Notes under the pieces: generated by a model
What the model was told of the DNA's origin: nothing
Databases searched by the model: none
The model's input: only the letters and a program-made list of their open reading frames with translations
Made by a program: the position numbers and the translations under genes
NCBI GenBank assembly: GCA_903920215.1
Contig: CAIXLG010000081.1
Location: 1,714 to 65,713 of the forward strand
From: an uncultured Chlorobiaceae bacterium
GTDB taxonomy: Bacteria > Bacteroidota > Chlorobiia > Chlorobiales > Chlorobiaceae
Direction of reading: 5' to 3'
Length of the DNA stretch: 64,000 nt
Part shown: in pieces, positions 61,362 to 64,000 of the stretch
Position numbering within the stretch: the stretch's first letter is position 1
How the letters are laid out: the number at the start of each line of letters is the position of its first letter

Positions 61362-62876
61362 CTATAAAGATGAAGGAGTTGCAGTTTTTCTCGCCTCTTT
61401 AAGATGCAGCCTGCAGACCTTGCGGAAGTGGTGGCCATAAATGGCCAGCGTTATGGCATGCGGCAGAGCCTTCTGACGGTGGAAAAATGTCCATATCAGC
61501 ATTTTCCAGTACTGAAAACGTTCGCGCCCTACAACGCCGAGCAGAATTGTTGAGCGGGCAAACGCAAGGACGTTGCTGAAGCGGAAGCTGCCATTGAGGG
61601 CAGGAGTCCTGTACTCACGAAGCAGGGTTCGGATTCTTGTATAGTACTGTTTTGGAGCGTAGAGCTGCGTCATCATGTCGGTATATCCCTTACGCAGAAT
61701 CTCCAGGTCCATTTTTGGGATAATGTTGGTATTGCTGTCGGCATTATCTCCGCTTGAGTTGTGCAGTAGCCGGCCCTCTTTTTGCATGCGTTCGTAAAGC
61801 TTTGTGCCGGGCAGAGCCTGAAGGATGCCCACCATGGCGGTTACGATGCCGCTTTTCTGGATAAATTCGACCTGCTTTTGAAAAATTGACGGGGTATCGC
61901 TGTCAAAACCTACAATAAAGCCACCCTGCACCTCCATGCCTGCCTGCTGGATTTTTTTTATGTTTCCAAGCATGTCTCTTGAAGTATTGTGCTCTTTTCC
62001 ACAAGCTTCGAGTGCTGTATCATCAGGAGTTTCAATACCGATAAAGACCTGGAAGAAGCCGGCTTGTACCATGAGCGACATCAGCTCCGGATCATCAGCC
62101 AGGTTGATCGAACATTCGGTAAAAAATTTAGTGGTTGATTTGTTGTTTTTTTGCCATTCGATCAAACGGGGCAGCAAATCTTTTTTCAGGTAGCTTTTGT
62201 GGGCAATAAAGTTATCGTCCACAAAAAAGATGCTGTCCCGCCATCCCAATCGTTTAATTCCGTCAAGTTCTTCAATAATCTGAGCGCTTGTTTTTGTGCG
62301 GATTTTATGGCCGAAAAGTGCTGTGACATTGCAGAAATCACAACGGTAAGGGCACCCCCTCGAAAATTGTACCGCCATGGCGACATACTTCTTTATATCG
62401 AGCAAATGCCACTGCGGAGCGGGGGTAAGGGTAATATCGGGAAAGAGTTCTGAAGAGTAAATTTTTTTGGGAGTTCCGTTTTTCAAATCTTCAAGAAAAG
62501 GCTGAAGAGTAAGCTCAGCTTCGTTCAGCACAAAATGATCGACGGTCGGAAAGGCCTCCAGTTCCGAAGTGAAAAGTGGTCCACCCGCTACCACCTTCAG
62601 GCCAGAATTATTGCACAGCTCAATGATCTTTCTTGCCGATTCCTGCTGTACAGCCATGGCGCTTATGAATGCCATGTCAGCCCATGCAATGTCCTTTGCT
62701 GTAAGGGTCGATACATTAAGATCCACCAGTTTTCGTTCCCAGCTTTCGGGTAGCATCGAAGCTACAGTCAACAGGCCAAGCGGCGGCAACGATGCTTTCT
62801 TGTTTACAAACTTAAGGGCGTGCTTAAAACTCCAGAAGGTGTCCGGGAATTCGGGGTAGATCAGAAGAATATTCAT
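61362..62876 (-). CDS. B12-binding radical SAM protein (DUF4070-type C-terminus)
   Basis: 'YPEFPDTFWSF', 'PPLGLLTVA', 'VAGGP' and 'RGCPYRCDFC'. Confidence 0.88.
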   Translation of the reverse strand: MNILLIYPEFPDTFWSFKHALKFVNKKASLPPLGLLTVASMLPESWERKLVDLNVSTLTAKDIAWADMAFISAMAVQQESARKIIELCNNSGLKVVAGGPLFTSELEAFPTVDHFVLNEAELTLQPFLEDLKNGTPKKIYSSELFPDITLTPAPQWHLLDIKKYVAMAVQFSRGCPYRCDFCNVTALFGHKIRTKTSAQIIEELDGIKRLGWRDSIFFVDDNFIAHKSYLKKDLLPRLIEWQKNNKSTTKFFTECSINLADDPELMSLMVQAGFFQVFIGIETPDDTALEACGKEHNTSRDMLGNIKKIQQAGMEVQGGFIVGFDSDTPSIFQKQVEFIQKSGIVTAMVGILQALPGTKLYERMQKEGRLLHNSSGDNADSNTNIIPKMDLEILRKGYTDMMTQLYAPKQYYTRIRTLLREYRTPALNGSFRFSNVLAFARSTILLGVVGRERFQYWKMLIWTFFHRQKALPHAITLAIYGHHFRKVCRLHLKEARKTATPSSL

Positions 62877-63013
62877 TGCAGCATTGACTCCGGCAGTTCA
62901 GTTTGATGTAGTCTTATAAAGGAAATTGCAAACCAGGATTGGTAAGCTTCACTTATATACAAAACACTGAAAAAACGATAGAAAGTTGCATATGTAAAAT
63001 ATATAATCGCAGC

Positions 63014-63748
63014 TTAATATCTGTCAAGAGTAAATTTTTCGCCGAGATACATTTTCCGTACTTCCGGGTTGGAGGCTATTTCTTCCGGGCTGCCATGCAT
63101 AAAGATGCTTCCATCGAAAAGCAGGTAGGCATGGTCGGTAATGGAAAGGGTTTCATGCACGTTATGGTCAGTTATGAGCACCCCGATGTCGCGTTTGGCA
63201 AGTCCTTCAACAATCTGCTGGATATCTTCGACCGCTATAGGGTCAACTCCGGCAAAGGGCTCATCGAGAAGGATGAATTTCGGGTTAAGCGATAAGGCTC
63301 TTGCTATTTCCGTACGCCGCCGTTCACCACCCGAGAGAGCATATCCCATGCTTTTTCGAATTCCCGAAATGTTGAGGTCTTCAAGCATCATATCGGTTTT
63401 TTCCTTCCTTTCCGCTTTTGAAAGGGAGGTGAATTCAAGCACACTCAAAATGTTTTCCTCCACCGTCAGGTTGCGGAACACGGAGGCTTCCTGGGGGAGA
63501 TAACCAATACCAAGCCGTGCCCGTTTGTACATGGGAAAGCGGGTGATGTTTATCGAATCAAGAAACACATCACCGCTGTTAGGACGTACAAGGCCGACAA
63601 TCATATAGAACGTCGTGGTTTTGCCAGCGCCGTTCGGCCCGAGAAGCCCGACAATTTCACCCTGCTTGACCTCTATGGATGAGCTTTTTACAACTTCCCG
63701 CTTGTTGTAGATCTTTTTCAGGTTACTGCAGCTGAGGGTAGCTTTCAT
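63014..63748 (-). CDS. lptB: LPS export ABC transporter ATP-binding protein
   Basis: 'GPNGAGKTT', 'LSGGERRR', '[10 protein letters not shown]' and '[10 protein letters not shown]'. Confidence 0.95.
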   Translation of the reverse strand: MKATLSCSNLKKIYNKREVVKSSSIEVKQGEIVGLLGPNGAGKTTTFYMIVGLVRPNSGDVFLDSINITRFPMYKRARLGIGYLPQEASVFRNLTVEENILSVLEFTSLSKAERKEKTDMMLEDLNISGIRKSMGYALSGGERRRTEIARALSLNPKFILLDEPFAGVDPIAVEDIQQIVEGLAKRDIGVLITDHNVHETLSITDHAYLLFDGSIFMHGSPEEIASNPEVRKMYLGEKFTLDRY

Positions 63749-63891
63749 GCCGATGCTTAAATGGTATTTTTTGGTGGTTTTGCGTCTCCTGTTGGAGAAG
63801 GTAGACCAATGCTACAATGTACAATTTATAGAAAATATTGCATGGCAAAAGAAAGGGCGAAAGAGGTGTGGTGAGGAGTAATAAGGGGAAT

Positions 63892-63920
63892 AAAAAAACG
63901 AGGCTGAAAGCCTCGTTTTT
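63892..63920 (-). terminator. Terminator of the gene entering from the right edge
   Basis: aaaacgaggc-tgaaa-gcctcgtttt, flanked by an A7 run that is a U-tract on the minus strand. Confidence 0.75.
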
Positions 63921-63937
63921 AAAAGAAGATGAAGCGA

Positions 63938-64000
63938 TTATCTATTGTCAGTCATTGAATCGTTTTGCAATGTCTTTGCCTGGTTTGGCATAACCGGATA
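63938..64000 (-). CDS. Probable 3' end of a gene starting beyond the window
   Basis: Minus-strand frame ...YPVMPNQAKTLQNDSMTDNR* ends just before the terminator. Confidence 0.4.
   Translation of the reverse strand, partial: YPVMPNQAKTLQNDSMTDNR

Noticed and set aside
1-64000. CRISPR arrays, rRNA/tRNA genes, IS elements, integrases
   Set aside because: No regularly spaced repeats, no cloverleaf or rRNA signatures, and no transposase or recombinase ORFs. All intergenic gaps are short.

Overview
Core-genome segment of a green sulfur bacterium (Chlorobiaceae, Chlorobium-like). The assignment rests on csmA/csmC, the bchE-bchM-bchH cluster and a bacteriochlorophyll synthase. The window is almost fully coding. 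It contains photosynthesis genes (BChl c synthase bchK, two Mg-chelatase H paralogues, bchM, bchE, cruC-like carotenoid glucosyltransferase, csmC-csmA flanked by two ArsA/GET3-like ATPases), Fe-S assembly (nifS/nifU-like), and housekeeping genes (miaB, hisG, holA, ssb, pyrK, folB/folK, nadC, acpS, tig, recA, dusB, asd, alr, rpsU, aroA, lptB). A serine palmitoyltransferase-like gene, a TonB-dependent receptor and several hypotheticals are also present. I found no rRNA, tRNA, CRISPR array, transposase or integrase. The most interesting signals are: a CBS/CysK-like protein lacking the PLP lysine; an AT-rich orphan dual-OB-like gene head-to-head with an HD phosphohydrolase; paired palindromic operators over the promoter of a DUF2239 gene; a Zn-ribbon/Tudor-like protein upstream of rpsU; an orphan YopX gene; an spt gene with a divergent reductase; and a T10 tract at the start of cruC. 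All family calls come from motif recognition by eye, with no database search.
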